Shown in pieces: positions 44,852 to 55,482 of a DNA stretch of 64,000 bases. Location of the stretch: assembly GCA_902563095.1 (NCBI GenBank), contig CACEWA010000005.1, positions 9,911 through 73,910 on the forward strand, written 5' to 3'. The stretch's first letter is position 1, and every line of letters begins with the position of its first letter. The stretch comes from an uncultured Candidatus Poseidoniales archaeon. Lineage in GTDB: Archaea; Thermoplasmatota; Poseidoniia; Poseidoniales; Poseidoniaceae. Below the pieces are notes generated by a model. That model was not told the DNA's origin and made no database searches. It saw only the letters and a list, made by a program, of their open reading frames with translations. Position numbers and translations under genes: made by a program.

Positions 44852-45661
44852 ATGGATTTGATGGTTATACTCGCGATAATTTGTCTACTTCTAGTAGCGG
44901 TCGCCTTTAGCCCACTTGGCCTTGGAGGCGGGATCTTATACGTTCCAATAATGCACTATATGCTTGATTGGGAGATTAAAGAAGCATTAGTTGCCTCTTT
45001 GACTTTAGTTTTGATGGTTAGTTTAGGGAGTAGCCTAGCACATTCAAAATCAGGATTTGCAAACCACCAGGTTGCAAAATGGGGAAGGATTGCAGCCGTA
45101 CCTTCAGCTATAATTGGTGTATTATTATCAGGAATTTTATTGTCTTGGGTGGGCGATATAGGAATCAAAATTATCGCTGCAATAGTTATCACATTCGTTT
45201 TGGAGCGAACGATCCGTACACCTCAAACTATTAATTCAGCAGAATTTACAGAAACATACCTATCTGAAAAAAGAAACCAATATTTTGCAGGTTCATCATT
45301 CGCAGGAATGGCTGCAGGAATATTAGGAATAGGCGGTGGTGCGATTTTAGTTACCCTCAATCGCTCATTATTGAAAATGGATTCAAAAAAATCGGCCGGC
45401 ACCAGTTATCTTGTTACAGCAACCATCGTCCCAGTTGCTTTATTGAGTCATTTACTCATCAGTCAAAATTTAGAAAAAATTGTTGAAAATTCTGGAATCT
45501 TAGCCATGATTTTAGTCCCAGTAATGGTATTTGCATCTGCGTTTTTTGGGGCCAAATATGCAATAAAATATCTTCCAAAGCAAGTAGTTACAGGAGTATT
45601 CTTGTTTGTAGTATCAGTTAGTTTATTGAGATACATTATTGATTTTGCATCACTAATTTGA
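44852..45661 (+). CDS. TauE/SafE (TSUP) family membrane transporter (paralog of 43490..44269)
   Basis: Motifs LGLGGGILYVPIM and GIGGGAILVTLN. Confidence 0.7.
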   Translation: MDLMVILAIICLLLVAVAFSPLGLGGGILYVPIMHYMLDWEIKEALVASLTLVLMVSLGSSLAHSKSGFANHQVAKWGRIAAVPSAIIGVLLSGILLSWVGDIGIKIIAAIVITFVLERTIRTPQTINSAEFTETYLSEKRNQYFAGSSFAGMAAGILGIGGGAILVTLNRSLLKMDSKKSAGTSYLVTATIVPVALLSHLLISQNLEKIVENSGILAMILVPVMVFASAFFGAKYAIKYLPKQVVTGVFLFVVSVSLLRYIIDFASLI

Positions 45662-45700
45662 GACCGAGAAAACCAAGGGCAACCACTTCTTGGTAATGAC

Positions 45701-46906
45701 ATGGGCGAATTACCATATTTCATCGAAGTCGCCCAGGCATTGGAAATTTGCAATAAGACAACATTGCAGACCGTCACCGAAAGAGTAAATCTCGATGACT
45801 CCCATTGCCGAATTTTAGCTGTTGATCTACCTTCTTTAGTCGACGACCCCCCGTTTGACAATTCAGCAATGGACGGCTTTGCAATGAGATTTGAAGACAC
45901 AATCGATGTGCCTGCAACATTGGAAATAATCGGAACAATCCAAGCAGCAGGCCAAGAAGACAACATCACTGTAGGAAAAGGCCAAGCAGTCAAAATAATG
46001 ACAGGTGCACCAATTCCCAACGGAGCAGATTCAATTTTGCAAGTAGAATTGACCTCAACTGAAGACAACAAGGTAACACTCCAACAAGAATCTATGAAAC
46101 ACTTCATTAGGAGAAAAGGCGAGAACCTATCTAAAGGCGAAATCGCTTTGTCGGCTGGCACTTATCTCACTCCTTCAAGAGTGGGACTTTGTGCAACAAT
46201 GGGGTATTCATCAATTCCTGTAATCAAGAAACTAAAGGTAGCAATAATCGCTACTGGTGATGAATTAAAACAACCCGGTGAGGAAATAGAACGCGGGGAA
46301 ATTTACGAATCGAACTCATTTGGATTATCCGGACTAATCAAATGGTTAGGACATGAATCGACACGTCTGAATTGTATTGGAGATACAATTGATGATTTAC
46401 GTCAAACCCTGAATCAAGCATCACTTGATCACGATTTGATATTGACTAGCGGGGGCGTATCAATGGGAGAATGGGATTTAGTTCGCAAAATTATGGAAGA
46501 AGAAGGAGACATACATTTCTGGAGAGTTAAATTACGACCAGGCTCACCTCCTTTATTTGGTACTTGGAATAACACCCCAATCTTTGGTTTACCTGGAAAC
46601 CCAGTAAGTTCACATGTTGTGTTCAGAATTTTAGTCGCTCCATGGATTCGACATATTACTCAAGCAAATGGCCCAATTGAGAATAGGGCTTTTGCTAAAT
46701 TGGCAACTAAAGTAAAACCGACCAAAGATTGTCTTACTCTTCGCAGAGTTAGTATTGAAGTTACAGACGATGGCTTAGTAGCCCATCAAAAAATCCACCA
46801 AGGCTCAGGCAACATTGCAAGCATGGCTCTAAGCGAAGGGATGGTAATTTTACAACCAGGTTGTGAATATTCTATCGGCGACACAGTCGAAGTGATGTTT
46901 TTGTGA
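45701..46906 (+). CDS. moeA: molybdopterin molybdenumtransferase MoeA
   Basis: The MoeA N domain plus the MoCF-biosynthesis domain (GDELKQPGEEIERGEIYESNS, LTSGGVSMGEWD). Size is 401 aa. Confidence 0.8.
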   Translation: MGELPYFIEVAQALEICNKTTLQTVTERVNLDDSHCRILAVDLPSLVDDPPFDNSAMDGFAMRFEDTIDVPATLEIIGTIQAAGQEDNITVGKGQAVKIMTGAPIPNGADSILQVELTSTEDNKVTLQQESMKHFIRRKGENLSKGEIALSAGTYLTPSRVGLCATMGYSSIPVIKKLKVAIIATGDELKQPGEEIERGEIYESNSFGLSGLIKWLGHESTRLNCIGDTIDDLRQTLNQASLDHDLILTSGGVSMGEWDLVRKIMEEEGDIHFWRVKLRPGSPPLFGTWNNTPIFGLPGNPVSSHVVFRILVAPWIRHITQANGPIENRAFAKLATKVKPTKDCLTLRRVSIEVTDDGLVAHQKIHQGSGNIASMALSEGMVILQPGCEYSIGDTVEVMFL

Positions 46907-46915
46907 GGGACTAAA

Positions 46916-47785
46916 ATGAAATTCGAACAAGATATCGATTTGATTGAAGCGCTGGCTTCAATTTATCCCGGCTCCAAACGAAACACGCTCCGAAAGATGC
47001 TTACTACAGGCCGGGTAACAGTAGATGGAAACATCATCCACAAAGCAAAACATTTGGTTACTGCCGGTAGTACAGTTGCAGTTTCAAACAAAGACATTGC
47101 AGCTCAGAATTCACCCCCTCCGGCGCCAAAAAAGAAACATTCTCGAATCAAAATTATTTTTGAAGACGAACACATAATTGTAGTAAACAAACAAGCAGGC
47201 CTTCTTTCTGTTGCTACAGACAAGATGGAGCCTGACACTTTACATTCAAGGGTTGTCGAGTATCTAAAATCAGAGAATGAAAAGTCTTGGGCGTTTATTG
47301 TCCATCGTTTAGATCGGGAAACATCCGGAGTTATGGTTTTGGCAAAGCACAAGTGGCACAAAGAATACTTGCAGGAACAATTTGCAAACCGAGATGTTCA
47401 CAGGATATACCACGCATTGGCTGAAGGAAAACCCGAAAAATCAATTGGAACAATTCATGAATGGTTATTGGAGGATAAATTTCTCAAGGTTAAAGCAGTA
47501 AAGAAAAATCACCCACGAGCCAGAGAAGCAATCACTCATTATAGCGTAGAAGATAATGATGATTTTGCAAGCCTAATTCAATTAACAATCGAAACCGGAA
47601 GGCGCCACCAAATCAGAGTAGGTCTAGCAAATTTAGGATGTCCAGTAATTGGTGATGAAGCACATGGAGCCGAAGGAAATCCCATAGGCAGAATTGCTCT
47701 TCACGCAAGCTCATTGGAGTTTTTACATCCTGAAACCGACGACCCAGTAAGGTTCGAAGCACCAATACCCTTCGGGCCAGAATGA
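46916..47785 (+). CDS. RluA-family pseudouridine synthase (S4 domain + catalytic domain)
   Basis: The catalytic motif HRLDRETSGVMVLAK carries the conserved Asp. An N-terminal S4-like RNA-binding region is present. Confidence 0.75.
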   Translation: MKFEQDIDLIEALASIYPGSKRNTLRKMLTTGRVTVDGNIIHKAKHLVTAGSTVAVSNKDIAAQNSPPPAPKKKHSRIKIIFEDEHIIVVNKQAGLLSVATDKMEPDTLHSRVVEYLKSENEKSWAFIVHRLDRETSGVMVLAKHKWHKEYLQEQFANRDVHRIYHALAEGKPEKSIGTIHEWLLEDKFLKVKAVKKNHPRAREAITHYSVEDNDDFASLIQLTIETGRRHQIRVGLANLGCPVIGDEAHGAEGNPIGRIALHASSLEFLHPETDDPVRFEAPIPFGPE

Positions 47786-47825
47786 AAAGCAAGGACTCAA
47801 GAACTCTTGACTAACCGTACAAATC

Positions 47826-50735
47826 ATGCCAAAGGTTGGAAGCGATGGCTGGATTGAAGTCCGTGGAGCACGGACTCATAATCTTCAGAACATCGACGTC
47901 AAACTTCCCAGGGGTAAATTCGTAGTAATTTCTGGAGTTTCTGGTTCTGGAAAATCTTCTTTGGCATTCGACACATTATACGCAGAAGGACAGAGGAGGT
48001 ATGTCGAGAGCCTTTCTTCCTATGCTCGTCAATTCATCGGACAGATGAAAAAGTCCGATTGTGATGGCATTGAGGGGCTATCTCCAGCAATTTCAATCGA
48101 TCAAAAACAAGGTAGCCACAATCCACGTTCAACCGTTGCTACCGTTACAGAAATAATGGATTATCTAAGATTAATGTGGGCCAGAATCGGCAAACCGCAC
48201 TGTCCAACATGTGGCGTTGAAGTTGCGAGAAGAACTGTCCAAGAAATTGTTGATGACATTATTTGGCAAATCGAAGGGCACGCAATCGCAGTTTGGAGCC
48301 CAGCTATTAGAAACCGGAAAGGGACACACGCAGATTTATTCCGTCATTTAGTCGAACAAGGCTGGACTGAGGGGCGAATTAATGGTAGAATTGCATCTTT
48401 TGAAGATGAACACAATCTAGACAAGAATTTACGCCACGATATCGATGTTAGAATCGATAGATTGCGCTGTACAAAAGATCGCAGACAGCGACTAACCGAA
48501 GCTGTAGAATCCGCTTTACGAATTGGCGGGGGCACTGTTGCAATAGAGAGCATTAAAGCACCCGAAGCCAATTTTGAATTTAGTAAAGGTTCGAAATCTA
48601 ATGAGACCGAAGTTGGGCAAACAATGGTTTGGTCCGAAGAGTTTGCTTGTCCAGAACACGGCGCGTTTATGCCAGAGATGAGCCCAAGAGTTTTCTCTTT
48701 CAATTCACCACTTGGTGCATGCAAATCATGTCAAGGGCTAGGAGTTCAAAGGAGATTTAGTGAAGAATTATTAGTCAATAGAAAGGCTACAATTTCCGAA
48801 GGATGCATCATTCCTTGGCGTCAATCTATGTCTCCACATTGGTATCGTAAACTGATGGAACAAACAGCATTACATTATGGAATACCGACAGATGTTCCAT
48901 ATTCAGAATTAGACGATGACGCTCAAGATATTTTGATGAATGGGTCAGGTTCCACGATTATACACTTTGAATTCACATCAGAAACAGGCTCTCAGTACAA
49001 GTATAGCAAACCATGGGAAGGGGTGTATGGGCGGTTACAGAAAACATACACAGAAACAACTTCCGAACGCACCAGAAGCCGCCTGATCGCCTGTATGAAT
49101 GACGAACCCTGTCCTGATTGTAATGGTGAGAAACTCAACCCAGCGGCAAGAATGGTTACTGTTGGAGGCAAACGTCTTCCAGAACTCGGTGCTGCTAGTG
49201 TACACGAAGCACTCGACATAATTCGTTCCATGAGGGGTGATGGCAAGAGCGCGGAAGAATTGGATGAGAGGAGCGCATTTATCGGGCGAGAAATTTTGAA
49301 AGAAATCGAGGGGCGATTAGACTTCTTGAATGACGTTGGCCTTGACTACCTAACACTCGATAGAAGAGCAAATACATTATCTGGAGGGGAGAGCCAAAGA
49401 ATCCGTTTAGCTACACAAATCGGCAGTCGCCTAACTGGTGTAATGTATGTTCTTGATGAACCTTCAATCGGGCTTCATCAAAGAGATAATGCGAGGCTAT
49501 TAGCCACCCTTAGAGAATTATCAGATCTTGGTAACACTCTCTTGGTAGTAGAACACGATGAAGATACACTGAGGCAGGCCGATTGGCTTTGCGACCTCGG
49601 CCCTGGAGCAGGATTGGAAGGAGGCCAAATCGTAGCAAACGGTACGCCAAAACAGGTTATGAGGGCCAAAGAATCGATTACAGGAGCATACCTTTCTGGT
49701 AAGCGTTCTATTCCAGTACCGGAAGAAAGAACTATCCCAACGAAAGGTTACCTCAAAGTAATCGGTGCAAGACAAAACAACCTTGCTAACATCGATGTTG
49801 AATTCCCATTAGGGTGTTTAACTGCAGTTACTGGGGTTTCAGGCTCAGGCAAATCCTCTCTTGTGTCAAGTATTTTGGCACCATCTTTGCAACGCCAATT
49901 GAGTGGTACAGATGCATTACCAGGCGCGCATGACGATATTGAAGGAGTCGACAATGTGGACAAAGTCATTGTAATCGACCAATCTCCAATCGGAAGGACG
50001 CCTCGTTCAAATCCGGCAACTTATACCAAAGCCTTTGATGAGATTCGCAAGTTGTTTTCAGAGACTACGCTGTCTAAAGAAAGAGGATATACTCCGGGAC
50101 ATTTTTCCTTCAACGTCAAAGGTGGTCGATGCGAAGCCTGCAGAGGAGGAGGATCAATCAAACTGGAAATGAATTTCTTACCAGATGTTTGGATAACCTG
50201 TGATGTATGTGAAGGCAAGAGATACTCCAGAGAGACACTCGAAGTTACTTGGAAGGGCAAGAATATCCATGATATTTTACAAATGCCAGTGAGCGAAGCT
50301 GTAGAATTCTTTGCTAATCATCGCAAACTACACCGCACCCTCTCAACAATCAATGATGTAGGATTGGGCTACATTCGATTGGGCCAACCCGCTACTACAC
50401 TTTCTGGAGGAGAAGCCCAGCGTGTTAAATTAGCAAGTGAACTGAGAAGACCTCCTCACCGGCATACGTTGTATATTCTAGATGAGCCGACAACAGGCCT
50501 TTCATTTTCAGATGTGCAACAACTGATTGATGTGTTATTGAGATTGAGAAAAACCGGGCACTCAATTATTGTAATTGAACACCACATGGATGTAATCAAA
50601 TCAGCCGACTGGGTAATCGATTTAGGCCCAGAAGGCGGCGATAGAGGAGGGAAAATTGTAGCACAAGGAACTCCTGAAGATGTGGCCAAAGTCAAGGGTA
50701 GTTTTACTGGACAATTCCTCAAAGAAATCCTTTGA
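47826..50735 (+). CDS. uvrA: excinuclease ABC subunit A
   Basis: Two ABC ATPase modules (GVSGSGKSSL twice, LSGGE signature twice) and a zinc finger (CPDCNG, CEACRGGG). Size is 969 aa. Confidence 0.9.
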   Translation: MPKVGSDGWIEVRGARTHNLQNIDVKLPRGKFVVISGVSGSGKSSLAFDTLYAEGQRRYVESLSSYARQFIGQMKKSDCDGIEGLSPAISIDQKQGSHNPRSTVATVTEIMDYLRLMWARIGKPHCPTCGVEVARRTVQEIVDDIIWQIEGHAIAVWSPAIRNRKGTHADLFRHLVEQGWTEGRINGRIASFEDEHNLDKNLRHDIDVRIDRLRCTKDRRQRLTEAVESALRIGGGTVAIESIKAPEANFEFSKGSKSNETEVGQTMVWSEEFACPEHGAFMPEMSPRVFSFNSPLGACKSCQGLGVQRRFSEELLVNRKATISEGCIIPWRQSMSPHWYRKLMEQTALHYGIPTDVPYSELDDDAQDILMNGSGSTIIHFEFTSETGSQYKYSKPWEGVYGRLQKTYTETTSERTRSRLIACMNDEPCPDCNGEKLNPAARMVTVGGKRLPELGAASVHEALDIIRSMRGDGKSAEELDERSAFIGREILKEIEGRLDFLNDVGLDYLTLDRRANTLSGGESQRIRLATQIGSRLTGVMYVLDEPSIGLHQRDNARLLATLRELSDLGNTLLVVEHDEDTLRQADWLCDLGPGAGLEGGQIVANGTPKQVMRAKESITGAYLSGKRSIPVPEERTIPTKGYLKVIGARQNNLANIDVEFPLGCLTAVTGVSGSGKSSLVSSILAPSLQRQLSGTDALPGAHDDIEGVDNVDKVIVIDQSPIGRTPRSNPATYTKAFDEIRKLFSETTLSKERGYTPGHFSFNVKGGRCEACRGGGSIKLEMNFLPDVWITCDVCEGKRYSRETLEVTWKGKNIHDILQMPVSEAVEFFANHRKLHRTLSTINDVGLGYIRLGQPATTLSGGEAQRVKLASELRRPPHRHTLYILDEPTTGLSFSDVQQLIDVLLRLRKTGHSIIVIEHHMDVIKSADWVIDLGPEGGDRGGKIVAQGTPEDVAKVKGSFTGQFLKEIL

Positions 50736-50789
50736 TTCTAGGAATTATTCCAAGCGTAGTATTCATGGACGGTAGTCGCTGCGGTGTGT

Positions 50790-50808
50790 CTGCCCCCATA
50801 GGGGGCAG
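50790..50808. promoter_or_regulatory. perfect 8-bp-stem hairpin CTGCCCCC-ATA-GGGGGCAG between uvrA and purSL
   Basis: Seen directly. It ends immediately before the GTG at 50809. Confidence 0.3.
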
Positions 50809-53800
50809 GTGTACACGGTGTCATCGAATATTGTCAGAGTAGAGGCAACTCCCAAACTTGGAGACGGTATGAGAGACGTCCGAGGAGATTCTGTAAAGCG
50901 CCAACTGACCGCTGACCACGGTATTGAAATCGACAAGGTCAGATCAATCGTAGGATTCTTGATTTCTAGCGAAATCTCAGCTGCAGAAGTTGCAAGCAGG
51001 GCCGACGATGTATTCGCAGACCCAATCATCGAAGAAAGTGCAACAGATTCACTACATTTGAGCGACAAGGAATTATTTCCACAAGAACCAGACATGGTTG
51101 TTACAATAGGATTCAAGCCAGGAGTAACAGATAATCCGGGTAAAGCAGCACTAGACGGATTCAGAACTATTTTCCCAAATGCTGGCGATGATGCTAGAGT
51201 TTCTACATATCTAACATACGCATTCGAAGGAGTGCCCGACGGCGTAGAAGTAGAATGGCTAGCAAAACAACTTCACAATGGCCTGATTGAGAGGGCTTTG
51301 TACTCATTGAAGGGAGAAGAATATCCAGTTATTGAATACGCTCCAATTACTCCAAGTGATTACGCCCCACCTGCAGTTGTTGATCTAGAAGTCACTGATG
51401 AAGAATTGATGAAACTCTCTGTTGAAGGACTACTGGCTCTAAATTTAGAGGAAATGCAAACCATTCAAGCCCACTATATGAATCCCGAAGTTAGGTCTGC
51501 TAGAGCAGCTTTGGGGCTACCAGAAAATGCACCCACGGATGTTGAACTGGAATGCTTAGCACAAACATGGTCAGAACACTGTAAGCACAAGATTTTCGCC
51601 GCACATATCCACCATATCGATACTGAGACCGGCGAAGATACGGAAATCGACTCACTATTCAAGACACACATAATGAAACCAACCCTTGAGATGAAAGACG
51701 AGGTAGACTGGCTTCTATCAGTATTCCATGACAACTCAGGAGTAATCGCTTGGGATGATGAATGGTCAATGTGTATGAAGGCAGAGACTCATAATTCTCC
51801 TAGTGCACTAGACCCATATGGTGGCGCAATGACTGGTATAGTCGGCGTTAACAGGGACATTCTTGGAACAGGTCTTGGTGCTAGACCGATTGCAAATACA
51901 GATGTATTCTGTTTTGGACCTCCTGATTGGAAGGGCGACCTTCCAGAGAACCTATTCCACCCCTCACGGGTTCTTCGAGGAGTGCATGCAGGAGTAAGAG
52001 TTGGAGGAAACGAAAGTGGGATTCCAACTGTAAACGGAGCCATCGTTTTCGATGACCGATATATCGGAAAACCACTCGTTTATTGTGGAACAATCGGCAT
52101 AATGCCGCGCAAACTCCCTGATGGAAGGGAGTCTCATGTGAAAAACCCCGATGCGGGCGATAGAGTATACATGGTCGGAGGAAGAGTTGGCTATGATGGA
52201 ATCCACGGGGCAACCTTTTCTTCACTAGAATTGACCGAGGAATCCCCTTCTAGCGCTGTACAAATCGGAGACCCAATCACTCAGAAGAAGATGCTAGACA
52301 TGATTCTAGAGGCAAGAGACGCAGGTCTGATTACATGTATTACTGATAATGGCGCAGGAGGCCTTTCTTCTAGTATTGGAGAGATGGCTGAATACACTAA
52401 TGGTTGTCGAATAGACCTAGGTAAAGTGCCGTTGAAACAAGAGGGACTTTCATCATGGGAAATTCTAGTTTCAGAATCTCAAGAAAGAATGACAGTAGCA
52501 GTTCGTGAAAGCGACGTACCTGCCTTTGAGGCCTTAGCAGACTTACATGAGGTGGAGGCAACATGGGTCGCCGACTTTACCGACACAGGACAATTTCATG
52601 TTGTGCATGGCGAAGATACAGTAGCATCTTTACCAATCGAATTCTTACATGATGGGGTGCCACAACTTCGCTTAGAAAGCGAATGGGCTCCACCAAACAA
52701 CCCTGAATTTAATCCACCATCCAAGGCAAATCATTCCAGTCTACTAATGCGTATGCTTACTCGTCCAAACATCGCTAGTAAGGAAACATGGGTCCGTCAA
52801 TATGATCATGAAGTTATAGCTCAAACAGCAGTCAAACCATTTGTCGGAGTTGAAAGAGATGGACCGGGAGACGCTGGGTTACTAGCACCAATCCACGGCT
52901 CCACTCATGGCCTAGTAGTTTCGAATGGTATTTCTCCAAGATACAGCGATATTGATGCAGGCGCGATGGCAGCAGCAGCAGTCGACGAAGCGGTAAGGAA
53001 CGCGGTTTGCACAGGAGTCGACTTGTCAAAGATTGCAGGCCTAGACAACTTCTGTTGGCCAGACCCAATTGAGAGCAAGAAAACTCCTGATGGTAAATTC
53101 AAACTTGCACAGTTAGTTAGAGCAAATAGAGAATTAGAAAGAATATGTCGAGCATATTTCGTGCCATGTATTTCTGGTAAAGATTCTATGAAGAACGATT
53201 ACGGAACCGGAGAAAATAAAATTTCAATCCCTCCAACTCTCCTATTCTCTTTATTTGGAAATCACCATGATGTACGCTACACCACGACTTCAGATCTCAA
53301 ACCCGGAGAAAGCCTCTACTTAGTGGGCGAATCAAAGCAGGAATTAGGCGCTAGCGAGATTTCTTACATGCTTAGCGAGTCTGGTGAATCCAATGGTATC
53401 GGAGGAGAAGTTCCACGTCTGCCGAATCCTGAAAAGAACCTAGAATCTTACAAGGCCCTGACTAAAGCCATTCAATCCGGCATAGTCCGTACCGCTCACG
53501 ATTGTAGTGAAGGCGGTATTGCAGTAGCAATAGCCGAGATGTGCATAGGAGGCAGATGTGGTGCAGCAATCGATGTTGACGGCCCAGGCGAAGCCGACCT
53601 TTGGGGCCGACTTTGGGGAGAATCTCTCGGCAGAATTCTCGTAGGAGTTAAGCAAGAACATCGAGCAGAATTTTTGGCTACAATGAAAGGACAGCCCCTA
53701 ACTTACATGGGGGAGGTTACTGAAGGAAACACACTCAGTGTGTGGGATGGTGACGATTTAATCATCGAATCAAATGTCGATGAGATGGTATCTGCTTGGA

Positions 53801-53835
53801 AAGGCAGTCTTGACATGACCGGAGGTGTTCAGTGA
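50809..53835 (+). CDS. purL: phosphoribosylformylglycinamidine synthase subunit PurL with two N-terminal PurS-like domains (PurS-PurS-PurL fusion)
   Basis: The PurL core is present (AQTWSEHCKHKIF, GGAMTGIVGVNRDI, ITDNGAGGL, two AIRS-like repeats). The N-terminal roughly 200 aa contain two segments with the PurS pattern: IVRVEATPKLGDGMRDVRGDSV and VVTIGFKPGVTDNPGKAALDGF. The track start is a GTG. Confidence 0.8.
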   Translation: MYTVSSNIVRVEATPKLGDGMRDVRGDSVKRQLTADHGIEIDKVRSIVGFLISSEISAAEVASRADDVFADPIIEESATDSLHLSDKELFPQEPDMVVTIGFKPGVTDNPGKAALDGFRTIFPNAGDDARVSTYLTYAFEGVPDGVEVEWLAKQLHNGLIERALYSLKGEEYPVIEYAPITPSDYAPPAVVDLEVTDEELMKLSVEGLLALNLEEMQTIQAHYMNPEVRSARAALGLPENAPTDVELECLAQTWSEHCKHKIFAAHIHHIDTETGEDTEIDSLFKTHIMKPTLEMKDEVDWLLSVFHDNSGVIAWDDEWSMCMKAETHNSPSALDPYGGAMTGIVGVNRDILGTGLGARPIANTDVFCFGPPDWKGDLPENLFHPSRVLRGVHAGVRVGGNESGIPTVNGAIVFDDRYIGKPLVYCGTIGIMPRKLPDGRESHVKNPDAGDRVYMVGGRVGYDGIHGATFSSLELTEESPSSAVQIGDPITQKKMLDMILEARDAGLITCITDNGAGGLSSSIGEMAEYTNGCRIDLGKVPLKQEGLSSWEILVSESQERMTVAVRESDVPAFEALADLHEVEATWVADFTDTGQFHVVHGEDTVASLPIEFLHDGVPQLRLESEWAPPNNPEFNPPSKANHSSLLMRMLTRPNIASKETWVRQYDHEVIAQTAVKPFVGVERDGPGDAGLLAPIHGSTHGLVVSNGISPRYSDIDAGAMAAAAVDEAVRNAVCTGVDLSKIAGLDNFCWPDPIESKKTPDGKFKLAQLVRANRELERICRAYFVPCISGKDSMKNDYGTGENKISIPPTLLFSLFGNHHDVRYTTTSDLKPGESLYLVGESKQELGASEISYMLSESGESNGIGGEVPRLPNPEKNLESYKALTKAIQSGIVRTAHDCSEGGIAVAIAEMCIGGRCGAAIDVDGPGEADLWGRLWGESLGRILVGVKQEHRAEFLATMKGQPLTYMGEVTEGNTLSVWDGDDLIIESNVDEMVSAWKGSLDMTGGVQ

Positions 53836-54656
53836 TGGGCGATGTCCCCAAAGTAGCAATATTGTTTGGATTTGGAATAAATTGCGATAGAGAAACAGCG
53901 GCTGTTTTCGAGTTAGCAGGAGCTGAAAGTGAGAGAGTGCACGTAAATCACTTTGTTAATGGAGAAAGAGACCTTTCAGAATTCCATATTTTGGCAGTTC
54001 CAGGCGGCTTTTCTTTCGGAGACCATCTGGGCTCAGGGCGCCTACTAGGCAATCGAATGAGATTCGCAATGAGAGAACAATTGTCGTCCTTCGTAGCCGC
54101 CGGCAAACCAATTATCGGGATTTGTAATGGCTTCCAAGTTTTGGTAAAGACGGGATTACTTCCGGGAAGAGAAGTGCCAGACTTCGAGCAGAGAGCAAGC
54201 CTGACGCTGAACAACAGTGGGCGATACGAAGACAGATGGGTCACCTTGGAATTTGATCCGGATAGTCCGTGTATTTGGACGAAAGGAATCACCAGAATCG
54301 AATGCCCGGTAAGGCACGGAGAAGGAAGATTCGTAATGCCATCAACAACAGATTTGGATGAGTTAAATGAGAACAACCAGATTGTAACTCGTTATGTTGA
54401 CCCTACATCAGAGCCCGGTAAAGGAATAACAGATGAGACATTACCATTCCCGATTTGCCCTAACGGCAGCATCAGAAACATAGCTGGAATATGCGACCCC
54501 ACAGGGTTAGTATTCGGTCTAATGCCACATCCAGAAGCAGCCTATGCAACATTCTTACACCCGCACCATACAAGGGGAGAAGTTAGTGAAGAAATCCTAG
54601 CCGAGGGGATGCAAATCTTCCGTAACGCTGTAGAATACGCTCAAGCAAACCTTTGA
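53832..54656 (+). CDS. purQ: phosphoribosylformylglycinamidine synthase subunit PurQ (glutamine amidotransferase)
   Basis: Class I GATase with catalytic Cys in GICNGFQ and the C-terminal His/Glu. There is a 4-nt overlap with purL. Confidence 0.8.
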   Translation: MMGDVPKVAILFGFGINCDRETAAVFELAGAESERVHVNHFVNGERDLSEFHILAVPGGFSFGDHLGSGRLLGNRMRFAMREQLSSFVAAGKPIIGICNGFQVLVKTGLLPGREVPDFEQRASLTLNNSGRYEDRWVTLEFDPDSPCIWTKGITRIECPVRHGEGRFVMPSTTDLDELNENNQIVTRYVDPTSEPGKGITDETLPFPICPNGSIRNIAGICDPTGLVFGLMPHPEAAYATFLHPHHTRGEVSEEILAEGMQIFRNAVEYAQANL

Positions 54657-54681
54657 GAAACAACCCCTCTTCCTTGGTAAC

Positions 54682-55419
54682 ATGCCGTCGAGGAAAATCT
54701 ACATGGATAGCATAGATGCGTGCTACCTCAAGGACTTCACAGCTGAAGTTACTGCAGTAGATGAAAACACAGTAACCCTTGACCAAACACTATTCTATCC
54801 ACTTGGTGGCGGGCAGAATTGGGATACTGGGAAATTAACCTGGGACGGAGGGCAAGTATCTGTTACCGAAGTGAGGGGCAGAGGCGAAGTACAGCATTTC
54901 GTTGGAGAAGACCACGGTCTTGAAATTGGAGATTCCGTTGAAGGAGAAATCGATTGGGATAGGCGCCATGCGCACATGCGAATGCATACAGCACAGCATT
55001 TAGTCAGTGGACTAGTTTACGAAATGTATGATGGGGCAAGAACCGTAGGAAACCAAATTCATGCAGACCGCTCAAGAATTGATTTCAACCCAGTCAAGTT
55101 TAATGAAACAATGATCGATGAATTATTCAGTAAAGCCAACGAAATGGTCGAATCTAATTTGGAAGTTACAGATTGTGTAATGACTAGAGAAGAAATCAAT
55201 GCCATAATGCCTCCAGAAAGAACGAACATGGACCTATTACCCATTTCAGTCAAGCAATTAAGAGTGATAAAAATTGGAGACAACGTCGATTTGTGCCCCT
55301 GTGCAGGCACTCATGTAAGGGCTCTTAGTGAGATAGGAAAGATGGAATTCCTTGGCAAGAAAAACAAGGGCAAAGGTACGACAAGAGTTAGTTATACTCT
55401 TGAGGGCTGTGAGAGTTGA
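54682..55419 (+). CDS. alaX: alanyl-tRNA synthetase-related editing protein AlaX (tRNA-SAD domain)
   Basis: The zinc-binding motifs HTAQHLVSG and CPCAGTHV match the H..H ... C...H signature of AlaRS/ThrRS second additional domain proteins. Confidence 0.7.
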   Translation: MPSRKIYMDSIDACYLKDFTAEVTAVDENTVTLDQTLFYPLGGGQNWDTGKLTWDGGQVSVTEVRGRGEVQHFVGEDHGLEIGDSVEGEIDWDRRHAHMRMHTAQHLVSGLVYEMYDGARTVGNQIHADRSRIDFNPVKFNETMIDELFSKANEMVESNLEVTDCVMTREEINAIMPPERTNMDLLPISVKQLRVIKIGDNVDLCPCAGTHVRALSEIGKMEFLGKKNKGKGTTRVSYTLEGCES

Positions 55420-55482
55420 AAAACCATCAAAATCAATAACAAATAATTGAGAAGAGTTTTCACCAAACCCTTCTCTAGAAGA

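Noticed and set aside
48344-50722. Multiple minus-strand ORFs inside uvrA
   Set aside because: They are antisense to an unambiguous 969-aa UvrA frame.
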